DNA of 64,000 nt, taken from NCBI GenBank assembly GCA_964658305.1, contig OZ210884.1, positions 1,984,001 to 2,048,000 of the forward strand, given 5' to 3'. This document shows, piece by piece, positions 1-12,339 of the stretch (its first letter is position 1; each line of letters begins with the position of its first letter). The DNA is from Leptogorgia sarmentosa (lineage: Eukaryota). The position numbers were made by a program, and so were the translations under genes. A model generated the notes under the pieces. The model saw only the letters and a program-made list of their open reading frames with translations, was not told the DNA's origin and ran no database searches.

Positions 1-240
1 AAACCATTTTCGCAAGCAATAATTAAGCAAGAAAACTGTGCCGGTGTAATTTCGCCTTGAGGCGTATAAAGTTTACACTACAATTGTCTGGAATATTTTT
101 ATGCAAAATATTATACAATTATTATACAATTATTGGATGAGCCTGCGCAAAATATGCTGATTAATCTGTGACGAGAAGATCAAATTTTACTTCCCAAGGC
201 AAGGCCGAAAGCATTGGCAAATAATTGATCTGCGAATAAT

Positions 241-266
241 TGATCTCTTAAGTGAACAACTGTTGG
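241..266 (-). pseudogene. Truncated fourth FN2 exon (acceptor plus first codons only)
   Basis: tttttttcag|ccaacagttgttcacttaag (NSCSLK) matches the start of exon 54492 (cag|ccaacacttgttcggttaaa). The upstream intron 270-400 matches 54340-54491. The exon breaks off into a hairpin-repeat remnant. Confidence 0.6.
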
Positions 267-612
267 CTGAAAAAAATATACAGTGTATCTTTACACAATT
301 GTAGTTCAAAACATTTTTACTGAAAAATAAATGTCAAACATTTATCGGTGTCAGAATTGGTTTTATATTTCCGATAAACAGAAAGTCTATAAAATGGTTG
401 TATCGAATTTTGTAATGTCAATTTTTACCTATATTATATTTATCATGTTTGATTTCTAACTCCGTTAATTAGAGCAATTAACATGTATATATATACTCTT
501 TATTTGTATCCGATGAGAATTTATTCAATAGCTGATTTCCACTTCATCTGAATAACTATCACTTCATAGAAATATCGAGCTATATTCTAGTTTTTTGTGA
601 AAAATCACTCAC

Positions 613-780
613 TGCTCACGCAAGCATCCCATGTTGAGCGACTGGTCACTTGGGTTTGAGTTCCACACCATAGTTTGTTTCCATAATGAACCGTTGTACA
701 CGAGTAATACTTCTTGCGTCTATAGGTAAATGGAAATACGCAGCATTTTCCGGATCTAGTTTTCGCAGCACAAACGTTGG
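613..780 (-). CDS. FN2 domain exon C of left DD3-3 gene
   Basis: [55 protein letters not shown]; 168 nt, phase 1-1. Confidence 0.85.
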
Positions 781-3700
781 CTGAAAAAAAAAACATTAAC
801 TTTGGTTTACTCTTTGGAAAAAGAAAACATTTTGTGTGTTTCTAAATTGATTGATTTTAGTCACACTCATTCAAAGAATAATTTTGTTTTTTAATTACCC
901 GCCCAATCCACTCAACCTGCATGCGCGAAAATTTTCATGTTTCAACGTGCCCAGTTTATTTAAATGGCTATTTTATATTATTATTATTCAGTTTATTATT
1001 TACTCAATTCTGATTGGTTAATTTACCTGCAAATAACTGCCTGCAAATATCACTTCAACTGCAAATATTTGGTGCAAACAGTTTATTGAGCATGCGCATT
1101 TAGTTCAACACTCGCTCAGCTGCAAATAATGGTTTGCTCATGCGCATTTGACTTCATTTTCTTGCGTCCGATTAATGGATTAGGCAAGCATGGCTCGTTT
1201 TGCAGGATATTTTACGAATGAGTTCTCTTCTCTTCCACACGAAAAAGACGCCGAAAACACCAAGAAAGCAACCAAATCTGCTTTAACTTTTTTTCAAGAG
1301 TATTTATAATTCAAAGGAACGAAATTTAAGGCTAAACGACTTATATTAGCGTCCAAAAGTAAACTTTCTGCAGTAGTCGAGAAATTTTACGCCGAAGCGA
1401 GTGACAAAGATCGTAAATAATAAACTGAATAATAAAACAATTATTGAACTCGGCTGTCGCAAAATATCGTGATTTATCAGTGGCTCGCAGATCAATTATT
1501 TGCCTCTGCATTCCTTCGGCATCGGCAAATAATTGATCTGCTCGCCACTGATAAATCACGATATTTTGCTCACCCTCGTCCAATAATTGTATATTATACG
1601 ATAATGACGTCATTTTAGCATAGAAAGGCAAAACAGAATGCAGATATCCAGCCATAATGCACTCGCCATATTGCACTCGCCGTATTGCACTCGCCGTATT
1701 GCACTCTATAAAGCGGTTTGTTTGCGCGTTGGCCGAAAATTTAGCGAAATATAAGTTGTTTAATCTAATAAATGTTAAATTATCAGAAATTCAGTTGTGT
1801 GTCTTATAATAAATTCCTTATAGAATGAGTTGACATGCAATACGGCCTGGTTTTTTTACACGTTTCTCGCATTACGAAAATCGTAAACAGGCCACATTGC
1901 ATGTCAAGCCATTAAACAAGCTATATATAATTTTATATACCATAAATACCATTTATAAACACCCAGCATCCAAATACGTGTGCGGAAATTGAGTGTATAT
2001 TTTTCGATCAGTAGTATTATGCGTTGAATTACTTGATATTATGTTTGGTTTATGACTCCGTTGAAATGATTTTTATCAACCTCTCCATTTCACCGACATG
2101 ATGTTACTGTACGCAATTCGCGCATATGCTCAACAAACCTCATGGAAATATCGAGCTTTTTTTCATGGAAATTAAGAAATATCACTCACTGGGCTCAGTA
2201 GATGTGCTCAAGCAATCGTCCCATGTTGAGCGACTGTTGGTCGCTTGGGTTTGAGTTCCACACCATAATTTGTTTCCATAATTAACCGTTGTACACGAGT
2301 TATACTTCTTGTGTTTATAGGTAAATGGAAATACGCAGCATCTTCCGGATCTAGTTTTGACAGCACAAACGTTGGCTGAAAAAAAAAACATTAAACTTTG
2401 GTTTACTCTTAGGAAAAAGAAAACATTTTGTGTGTTTCCAAATTGATTGATTTTAGTCACACTCATTCAAAGAATAATTTTGTTTTTTAATTACCCGCCC
2501 AATCCACTCAACCTGCATGTTTTCATGCGAAAATTGTCATGTTTCAATGTGCTCAGGTGTTTTAAATGGCTATTTTATATCATTATACGACAATGACGTC
2601 ATTTTAACAGATAAGGGCAAAACAGAGTGCAGATTATCAGAAATTCAGAAATTCAGTTGTGTGTCGTATAATAAATTCCTTATCGAATGAGTTGACATGC
2701 AATACGGCCTGGTATTTTACTGGTTTCTCGCATTACGAAAATCGTGAAATACTAGGCCACATTGCATGTCAAGCCATTCTACAAGCTATATATAATTTTA
2801 TATACCAGCATCCAAATTCGCGTGCGGGAATTGAGTGTATATTTTTCGATCAATAGTATTATGCGTTGAATTATTTGATATTATGTTTGGTTTAAGACTC
2901 CGTTGAAATGATTCTTATCAACCTTTCCATTTAGACGACATGATATTACTGTACGCGATTCGCGCATATGCTCAACAAACCTCATGGAAATATCGAGCAT
3001 TTTTTCATGGAAATTAGGAAATATCACTCACTGTGCTCAGTAGAAGTGCTCAAGCAATCGTCCCATGTTGAGAGACTGTTGGTCACCTGGCTTCGAGTTC
3101 CACACCATAATTTTTTTTTATTATCAACCGTGGTACACGAGTTATACTTCTTGCGTTTATAGGTAAATGGAAATACGCAGCATCTTCCGGATCTAGTTTT
3201 GACAGCACAGCGTACTCCTGCAAAATAACATAAACCTTTTGTTTCAACTTAGTATTGCACGAAATTTATAGTCTTCTCATAATCAACGAATTTATAATGT
3301 TAAGATTTTATATTTTTCGAACAAAAAATGAAATTGACGGAATGGCCTTTTCTCCATGAAACAACGTACTAACTGACCTAAGCGCCTTCTTTTGTTGCAT
3401 TTGTCATACCATTCCCAGGATTCGTGAAGACCTTTGGATAATGTTGATGAGACAATCGTCAACTGCTGGTCTTTTTCTGAGCGACTGGCGTACCATTGTT
3501 CATTATATTCCGGAGTTGCTTTATCATGCCCTATAGGTGGATTGAAAATTATAAAGGCCCGCTTACACCGGCAATTTTTGCTGCGAATTTAGGAGCAATT
3601 TTCTCCTTTTCAACGACGTCAAGGAGTAGATTACTTATCAAAGTAGTTACCCAGCAAACACACGACGTCGATTCGACGTCGAATTTAGGTTGATATTTGG

Positions 3701-6700
3701 TCGGGACGTCGATCGACTATATATCGACGTTGAATCGACGTCGATAACCTGACCTGATATCGACGTCGACAAATTGACCTCGTTTCGACGTTGAATCGAC
3801 GTCGTTAACCTGACTTGATATCGACGTCGACAAACTGACCTCGTTTCGACGTTGAATCGACGTCGTTAATCTGACCTCATATCGACGTCGACAAACTGAC
3901 CTCGTTTCGACGTTGAATCGACGTCGTTAAACTGACCTCATATCGACGTCGACAAATTGGCCTCGTTTCGACGTTGAATCGACGTCGTTAACCTGACCTC
4001 ATATCGACGTCGACAAATTGACCTCGTTTCGACGAAAATTGAGAATTACTTGCTTTCGATTAACAAAGGCACCAAAAAGATAACTGCTTAGTTATGTAGA
4101 GGGATATACTGTAGCTACATTAGAGAGACAGGCTTAATTAATTGATATTTTTCACTTATTAGAGCACCGAAAGTGATGTTTATAAAGCAATGGGACAGAT
4201 TTTAAAGTATGCTCCGGACAGGAAAGGGGGAAGTAGAAAGTCTATCTATAATCGATCATCATGGGACATTTTTCATAATAAACATATATTCCATACACAA
4301 GATTGATAACTGTAATCTAATTGCCAATCTTGGCAATTTTACCAAACTTGTAAGATGTTCTTTCAAATAATATCGTGGTAACAAATTAATTAACGTATAG
4401 CTAGTTGATAATAAATTAGTGCAGATAGTATAATATATATAGGTCCAAATTGGAATCGCTTAATTACAGTTCGGTGTTTGTAAATAATCAAGTGTATTAA
4501 AGTATATAATATGTAATATGTAAGATACTGACTGAGTTCGAAAATAAATATATCATCAAAACAAATTGCAACAGAAAATTTATTAATTTTGACAATTTGC
4601 AACTTCGTCGCATTTTCCAACGTACTATCGACGTCGAAAAGTCAACGTTGAATCGACGTCGAAACGTCAACGTTGAATCGACGTCGAAAGTCTAACGTCG
4701 ATTCGATTTGCGTTTTCGACCTGTTTTTCGACGTCGTATCGACGTAGAAAAGTCAACGTAGAATCGACGTCGAAAGTTCAACGTTGAATCGACGTCGAAA
4801 AGTCAACGTTGAATCGACGTCGAAACGTCAACGTTGAATCGACGTCGAAAGTCTAACGTCGATTCGATTTGCGTTTTCGACCTGTTTTTCGACGTCGTTT
4901 CGACGTCAGGTAGTAACGTCGATTCGACGTTGAATCGACGTCGGTGTGCTTACTGGGTATGAGATTTCCTTACTTAGAACATTCATAACTGAACAACGAG
5001 GTAAACGGGCCTTAAGTGGACAATCACATTATCCCCAAGATGACCCGGATAATTTGGCAAAAAAAACTATCGACTATACTGATATCATGTGAATTAAACT
5101 TTTATCTTCCATAGTAACAAATCAATTTTAACTATATTTTCATGGTTATTGAGATGAATGTTTAAACGTTTTTTAAACAAGGTTAGAACTATAAACAAGA
5201 AGTGCTTTATTAACTATGGGAAGAGCATTATAATGAATGACAAGTGCATGCATCTGGCATTCTTACCATTTCTCATCGAGTGTTTATTCAACTTTTCATG
5301 TTTCTTGTCATTTTGGCAACGATATTGAAGGACAAAGTTACAATTCAAATCTCGATCATTGCAGCCATGTTGGTTTGTCCACTCTATCGTTAACACAGAT
5401 CTTCCTTGATTACTTGTATGTCCTTTGCCACTCTGGAAATAGTGCTGAAACACGGACACGACATTTCACAATTTAGTCGTAACGTTGCAGGAAATATTAG
5501 TTTAAGCTGTATTAGTTTAGGATTTTTAAGCTGGATCGGATGAGGGATCAGTGCACGAAGAGTTTTGTTTCGTGTTTGACTGACTATTGAGTTGCTATAA
5601 AATTTTGGCAGTATCTCTTCTTTATACTAAGGACTTATTAACCGAGTGCGAGGTCTGTACGGGAAAGTATTGCCTGAGGGTTTTCGTACAGACCGAGCGA
5701 CGAAGGAGCGAGGTCTGTGCGTTAAAAACCGAAGGCAATACTTTCCCGTACAGACCGAGCAAACGAGGTTAATAAGGGATTTATTATATGGCTTTGTTCG
5801 ATCACAATTTGTTCTGACATTGTAGAAAGAACTAGAAAACACTTTCGCTGCTGAAACGTTCAACCGTATACACTGGCATACTGAATGGCGGTTTCTGGCC
5901 GTTCACTGCTGTACAACAACAAAACAATAAAAATACAACAAAGGAAAAGATTGAATAAAAAAATACAATGTAAATGTCGTGATAAACAACGAATGTTCGA
6001 TGCGAAATGAAGCCATTAAGTGCTGCGAAAACAATGTTCGCAACAGTTTTCGAACTGTTGTTTTGTTCGCCGTTATATTCACTTTGAAAATCAGCATTTT
6101 GGGTCGTCTGTTTTTCTGGGACAGTAAAATTCAATCGGGGAGTGTTCTTCATCGTCACGGTACGGCATAATACGATTTAGTTTCCTTAAAAATTTTATTT
6201 GTATAATAGTTTCACGAGCGGGCAAGATGACTTTCCTGAGCGGGCAAGATGACTTTTTCCGGACCGCTAATCAACCAATCAGCGTGCGGCATTTATGTCA
6301 GCCATATAATAAACGTTTTTATTGCACCTTCGCTGTCTTGTCAACAACCTTAACGAATATCGATTGTAGATATCATCATAAACTTTCTTCGAGATAAAAA
6401 CAGTCAAATAAATTTGGTAATGAATACAACATTGAAGGTTTAAGAGTAAATCAATTACTAATTAATAGTTAACTAATAGTTCATCGCCCCGGAGGTGTCC
6501 CCCCCCCACTTTCAGACATGGATTTCCGCCCTTGCTTCACAGTTGGGTCGTTTGTACGATTATTAAGGACTTATTAACCGAGTGCGAGGTCTGTACGGGA
6601 AAGTATTGCCTGAGGGTTTTCGTACAGACCGAGCGACGAAGGAGCGAGGTCTGTGCGTTAAAAACCGAAGGCAATACTTTCCCGTACAGACCGAGCAAAT

Positions 6701-9700
6701 GAGGTTAATAAGGGATTTATTATATGGCTTTGTTCGATCGCAATTTGTTCTGACATTGTACCGTAGAAAGAACTAGAAAACACTTTCGCTGCTAAAACGT
6801 TCAGCCGTATACACTGGCATACTGAATGGCGGTTTCTGGCCGTTCACTGCTGTATAACAACAAAACAATAAAAATACAACAAAGGAAAAAATTGAATAAA
6901 AAAATATAATGTAAATGTCGTGATAAACAACAAACGTTCGATGCGAAATAAAGCCATTAGGTGTTGTGAAAACAATGTACGTTCGCAACAGTTTTCGAAC
7001 TGTTGTTTTGTTCGCTGTTATTTTCACTTTAAAACTCAGCATTTTGTTTGGGTCGTGTGTTTTTCTGGGACAGTAAAATTCAATCGGGGAGTGTTCTTCA
7101 TCGTCACGGTACGGCATAATAAGATTTTAGTTTCCTTAAAAATTTTATTGTACAATAGTTTCACGAGCGGGCAAGATGACTTTCCTGAGCGGGCAAGATG
7201 ACTTTTTCCGGACCGCTAATCAACCAATCAGTGTGCGGTATTTATGTCAGCCATATAATAATATATATTATTTACTCGTTGTGATGGATCTCATAAGTAG
7301 AAAAAGACAATATCCGTCACTGTGGGAGCTTCAAGTACTGTTAAATACACACATTTTAATTGCGCGAAAAACTTACTTTGATGTATTATTATTTTGAAAA
7401 TGCAGGCGCAGCTTCTCAGCTAATGTGAATATTAATGTCTGAGTTTTTTCCGACTTATCTGTACACACAGGAGTATAAAAAAGCTAGTCTTTAAAATTCA
7501 AATTGGTCGTAATTATAGTGATCCGATTGTTTTGAGCTGCCTACAGTTGAATATATATGTCACTCAAACATGATCTATCTTCGAAGGAAATAGCCAATGA
7601 CCGGAAAATCATTTGTTTTGAGGTTCGCGCAATGATTGCAAGAAATAATGCTCGTTTATTGAATTAAAAACCATACGGCTAATTTGACTTTCAAAGACAA
7701 GTAGGCTTTTTTTCGCTACTTCAATTCGCCACTGAGCGACATGTATAAAATACTCGTGGAATACATGATGCTTTGTCGCCGGATATATTTGTTTTCAGCA
7801 ATTGCAAAAAATCACGTTCACTAGCATACATGTTCATTGCATGATCGCAATTGGTTTTGTGCCACCACGTGACTTTTCGGCCAAATGACGGGTAATTGAA
7901 TAAGTTGTGCACGATTTTCTCATGATCTGAGTGGTTGTACCGAGATAAGCTGAACGGTAACACATCAACCAAGACTTATAGAGTGTCTCTACCTCTCATC
8001 ATACTTGCCCGTCAACTGAAATACCAATTTCAAAGCCTCGTACCCAGGCGCTTCTTAGCTTATAGAGATTAGCAAGAATCCAGATAAATATAATATAGAG
8101 ATCGGGCGCGAGCGCGCAAGGGTTGATGGGCAGGCCCGACGGAGGAAGCGCCTGGCAGAATATGCAAAAACATGGCGGACGACTTGTTCATATTCATAAA
8201 TGCAAATGAGGAAATTGCTGTTCTTGATGAAATGGAAAGGCCAGTCCATCGAACGGTACATTATTCCGAACGGTGTAATTTCTTCTTCCGAACTCGACGA
8301 TGCTATTGAAGCGCAATTTTTAAACGAATTGAAGCATTGTAGTGTGTGTGCGAAGCGAGATTTGCCAGAATCGTCATAAAATCAAGATGACAGTATAAAA
8401 CTACCTTCGTGAGATAATTCCTGAAGCGATCTTTCCAAATCATCCATATTTAAGTGCAACCGGTGCGAGATTTTTCAAAAATTATCACATTTTGAAGCTT
8501 TTCATACGCAGACCATTTTTTTGCAAAAGTGATAGACGGAAATTTGCATATTCTACCAGGCGCTCACAAGTCCGTCGCGCTGCCCATGAACCCTTGCGCG
8601 CTCACGCCCGATCTCTATATATATCTGGATATCTGGATTCTTGCTAATCTCCCTAAGCTAAGAACCGCCTGGGTACGAAGCTGCCAATTTCACGCTATTG
8701 CAATCAACATTATGCACGATTTGCTCCCAGTTATTCCCAAAGCACAGGCGTGTTAGATGCATGTATTTCAAGTGCGTAATAATTATGTTTATAAACCTAT
8801 TTATATCCCAGGAATAAAACTCCAAATTTCGTAAATTACTCGCCTTCCAGAATACGTATCTACGAAAACTCGCCGTTGGATTAATACAATAGATTGAAAA
8901 ACGTTTGATTAATACAATAGATCACCGTCACTATAGTTCTTCCCAGTCACAAAAACCTCACTATGACAATACTAACTAAAATTCATGCCGATTGCGCACA
9001 TGTAAATACGGCTCTGTCATTGGCTAAAATTACAAGCATGACTTCCGGTCTTCGACACCAATGTATATCCGGTTTCTTCGACACCAATATATATCCGGTT
9101 TCTTTTTTGTTTGCTTTTCAAACTGTATTTCTAACTTGTCTCGTAGCAAATTTGTATTACATTTTTTTGCAGAAACAAATATTATAGATTCAGCGGACTG
9201 TAAACTTACCATGTTAAATTGATCATCCTCATTTTTTGATGCTTCGTTTGTTTTATCGCCAACATTGTATCCACCTTTGGCATTGTTCTTAAAATGTTTA
9301 AAAGGAAGAATATCGAATGTTTGTACCTTTCAAATAGAGTTGCAAAAAAGCTGCGAGTATGCGCGTACCTTTCGTAGGAAGGTTTGCCCTTATATATGTC
9401 AGGCGACTTAGGACGGTTTCAGCAGAATAAAGCTTAATCAGTAGAAACTAGCAAACAGAATCCATGCAAATTACAATGACGTAATCTGTATATATTTTCA
9501 ATTTGAAAGACATAATTCGCACGAAGTGACTTAAGACTCCCCAGGCCCTGTCAGTTTATTTAGGCTGTAAAACTTACCTGAGAGTCGAACAATCGATTGT
9601 TATTTCCTCTATTAGCACCAGCTCCATTCAGGCGATTGTTTGAACCTCTGGGATTGTGGAGAAAAATATCCGCATCACTCAAACTACACAATAAACCTGG

Positions 9701-9894
9701 CGGATAAAGAACAAAAATTATTAGCCAAGAAACCTAACATTTATTCGCAATTTTTCAACTTACTGTAGAATGAAAAACGTTGGTGTTAACTTCCCAAGTG
9801 CAAGTGAAACCAAAAATGCAAAATGATGTTAAAAAACGACTCAGTTACCTGCTATAATGACAGTGGCTGCAGGAGGCAAACAACTAAACGCCAT
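613..9894 (-). CDS. Paralogous DD3-3-like protein with FN2 array (5' part only; 3' exons lie beyond the window start)
   Basis: Exons 9894-9849 ([16 protein letters not shown]), 9696-9578, 9287-9210, 5444-5267 and 3530-3378, then FN2 exons 3217-3032, 2375-2190 and 780-613. Exons 1-5 have the same lengths and phases as the + copy. Splice sites are GT-AG and there are no stops. Confidence 0.85.
981..1592 (+). mobile_element. Non-autonomous Crypton-like (DUF3504-type) element remnant
   Basis: 1190-1420 reads MARFAGYFTNEFSSLPHEKDAENTKKATKSALTFFQEYL*...LSAVVEKFYAEASDKD, resembling the N-terminus of DUF3504/KIAA1958-like tyrosine-recombinase transposon proteins; one in-frame stop. Flanked by the inverted repeat ttattattcagtttattattta / taaataataaactgaataataa and a terminal hairpin (about 1440-1590). 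Absent from the paralogous intron at about 2580. Confidence 0.65.
2190..2375 (-). CDS. FN2 domain exon B of left DD3-3 gene
   Basis: [61 protein letters not shown]; 186 nt, phase 1-1. Confidence 0.85.
3032..3217 (-). CDS. FN2 domain exon A of left DD3-3 gene
   Basis: GVRCAVKTRSGRCCVFPFTYKRKKYNSCTTVDNKKKLWCGTRSQVTNSLSTWDDCLSTSTEH. Matches the FN2 pattern CxFPFxY..Y..CT..WC.T..W..C; phase 1-1, cag/gtgagt. Confidence 0.85.
3650..4957. mobile_element. Non-autonomous TIR DNA transposon (CCCAG ends, TA duplication, subterminal repeat arrays; possibly CMC/EnSpm-like)
   Basis: TA|cccagcaaacacac...gtgtgcttactggg|TA. The empty site is visible in the paralogous intron at 51531-51550. There is a 60-bp tandem array at about 3720-4035 and a roughly 23-bp array at about 4625-4945, both built on TCGACGTCGA. 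Confidence 0.85.
5628..6313 (+). mobile_element. About 690-bp hairpin-ended interspersed element, copy 1
   Basis: About 140-bp terminal palindrome, inverted repeat ttattatatggc...gccatataataa, and an internal 22-bp repeat. Near-identical copies at 6564 and 53208. Confidence 0.85.
6564..7261 (+). mobile_element. About 690-bp hairpin-ended interspersed element, copy 2
   Basis: Direct copy of 5628-6313. Confidence 0.85.
8033..8683. mobile_element. Non-autonomous Mutator-like element
   Basis: About 110-bp imperfect TIRs (agcctcgtacccaggcg / cgcctgggtacgaagctg) and a 9-bp target duplication CCAATTTCA on both sides. Confidence 0.8.
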
Positions 9895-11653
9895 ATTCAA
9901 CTACACAAAGAAACATCAGATATTAATAATGACGGAGACCTTTATACCTTATTCTACTTTTTCACATTATGTACAGAGCGTATACAGTCATCTCTATATA
10001 AAGTCACCTCTAGAGAAATCACTCTTCTGAAGTTAATCTCTTGTTATTACACCTGAAAATTTTAATTAGCTTCTGACGAACAGCACCACGAACACCCGCT
10101 GTTATAAATACTTCAGTCATTCATGAACAATTCAATTCAATATTCTCAAATTAAATGTATAACAACCCACGTTTAACAAAAAAATAACCCCATTTCTATA
10201 TGAACTTTTTCGGGAAACCGTGTAGCAAAAAGTCTTGTCTTTGAAATTCAAATTAACCATATGTGATTGAAAGTATTTGACAACCATAATTGATTTGCAT
10301 CACTAAACTAGCCTCAAAAACAATTTCTAATTATGGGAAGAACTGTGACGTGTCATGAACTTATTACAGTTCAGAACAATCCAACTACCTTTTTTGTGTG
10401 CACCCTGCAAGTACGTACATCAACATCCAAACCATAATTAATTATGTTTCCTTCTCTTTTATGTAAAGGTATAGAGCTGTTATGAAATTGTTTGGTTTCC
10501 TCGTTATTAAAAACAATCCAAACAGGTCTTATCATATATATCAGCATACATGTAGAAGGCTATACAACGTATTATAGCATTTATATTTGCTTCATAATTT
10601 TTTATATGCATTAACCCGAAATAAAGACAAACACCATTGATCCTGTGTAACATTTTGCTGAATCCCCAAAGGGGAGGGTCTATCAATGATATATTATACC
10701 GAAAAATCTGCCATCCGAAAATAGCACTACATAGCTACTATATAATAGCATTTTTCATTGCTTTTGTTTCTTTGTTTCGCATGTTTGCAGTCTAATATAC
10801 GTTGAATTTCCTCGTTAAAATTTGAACTACATACCAGTAGCACATGCATTAATTGTTTTTGAATTTGAAACGGTTGAGTGTTCCTTTTCTGATACACCCT
10901 AATATACTTTAAATTTACTCATCTCCCCCTTGGAAAATGGGGTCGAACATAGTCCGAAGGAACGTGAGCTCGGTAAATTAAGACGTGAGGCGTATAATAA
11001 TTATCGTGGTTTCATGCCCATGTGGCACAAACGGGGCTTTCTCATTGGATAATTTGAAATTGAGATAATATAATAGCAATAATAACATTCCATGTCAACT
11101 CTCACGTAACTTGGAATATTATCCTTAAAATCAGGAGAATATGAAGGGTATATTTAATAACAAACAAATCAACACATAATCACAGGGGACTGTGAATCAG
11201 AACACATATTCACAGGGGACTATAGTATCCTGACTTGGTTTTATTAAAAAAGCAATATTAATATTAATGCATGTCCACTTTATTTAGAATACAATGCATC
11301 ACAAAGAGTTTACTTGAATTGAAAATTATACACCCACTATCATTATTTCTTCTTTTGAAAGCATCTGAGTTTAAGAAATTTAGCTTACGATAACGTTTTA
11401 ATCTTGTTAATAAGAATGTCTGAGCAAGATGCGTAATTTGTTGTTGTTTTATATTGAAAAATTGCATGCTGTATGCTCAGACGATCCTTGTTAATTATGT
11501 TCGATATTCAATAATAAATTTGCTCTACAGTGTATGCAGAAAATGAAACGCAATTGTGTATTGAAAATGATCTATTACTATTATATCATAATTTCAATGG
11601 GAAAACACTGTCTATTGTTGAATTTCGCTTTACGAAGATATTTTATACACTGT

Positions 11654-11804
11654 CAGTGGCGAAGCCAGCTCGACATTTGGTCATGTAAATGCGAATTTAA
11701 ATCATTATGTTATTCATTTCCTTAGAAATTGATTCCTTAAACGGTCTATAAACACAGAAAAATTTGCATTTGCATGACCAAATGACGGGCTGGCTTCGCC
11801 ACTG
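11654..11804. mobile_element. hAT-type MITE
   Basis: TIRs cagtggcgaagccagc / gctggcttcgccactg; 8-bp target duplication TACACTGT. Confidence 0.9.
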
Positions 11805-12339
11805 TACACTGTTACTATTTTGCACTTATTAGTTATTACATCCAGATATTGAAATGACCAAAATAGATCATACACATGTGCATTGCACAGTTGGGTTTTT
11901 TTGTACCCCGTGTAGTATTGAATTATTTAAGTAACTCTGCTTCTGATAACTTAGCTATAATTCAAGGATAATGGATGCAGATCATTAGATATGCACTTTA
12001 TTAACGACACTATAAACGATCTCTTTGCAAACAAAGGAGGGATTAAGTGGCTCTTATGAAACTTGGATCTTGCCAAATGCTCTCAGTTTGGAGGCGGGGA
12101 TGTACGTGCAGGATATACAAAGAGTCTTTTCTTAAAAATAACCCGTAATGGTAACAATTACTGTAGCGTTCGCAAACGCAAAAATGCCATTCCAGATATA
12201 TACATGCATATATTAATTGTTTTTGAATTTGAAAGGGTTGAGTTTTTTTCCGATACACCCTGGATATGAATTAAATTATTATCACACTTTATGACACCAT
12301 GCAGATGATATTATATAATTAATGTCTGCTCGCGGGAGG

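Noticed and set aside
3720..4945. Regularly spaced palindromic repeats resembling a CRISPR array
   Set aside because: The spacers repeat rather than being unique, there are no cas genes, and the arrays are subterminal repeats of a TIR element inside a spliceosomal intron.
5587..7201. Repeated short ORFs (also 53372-54073, 34479-34731, 39766-40081)
   Set aside because: They recur because the underlying non-coding repeats recur; frames are not conserved between copies and no domain is recognisable.
7721..7972. 83-aa ORF with a similar sequence at about 49310-49490, suggesting a nested exon
   Set aside because: The partner loses frame and the differences are mostly non-synonymous; ordinary intron homology explains it.
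9823..10056. Similar antisense ORFs at 9823-10056 and 47522-47893
   Set aside because: They are the reverse-strand shadow of DD3-3 exon 1 and its flanks.
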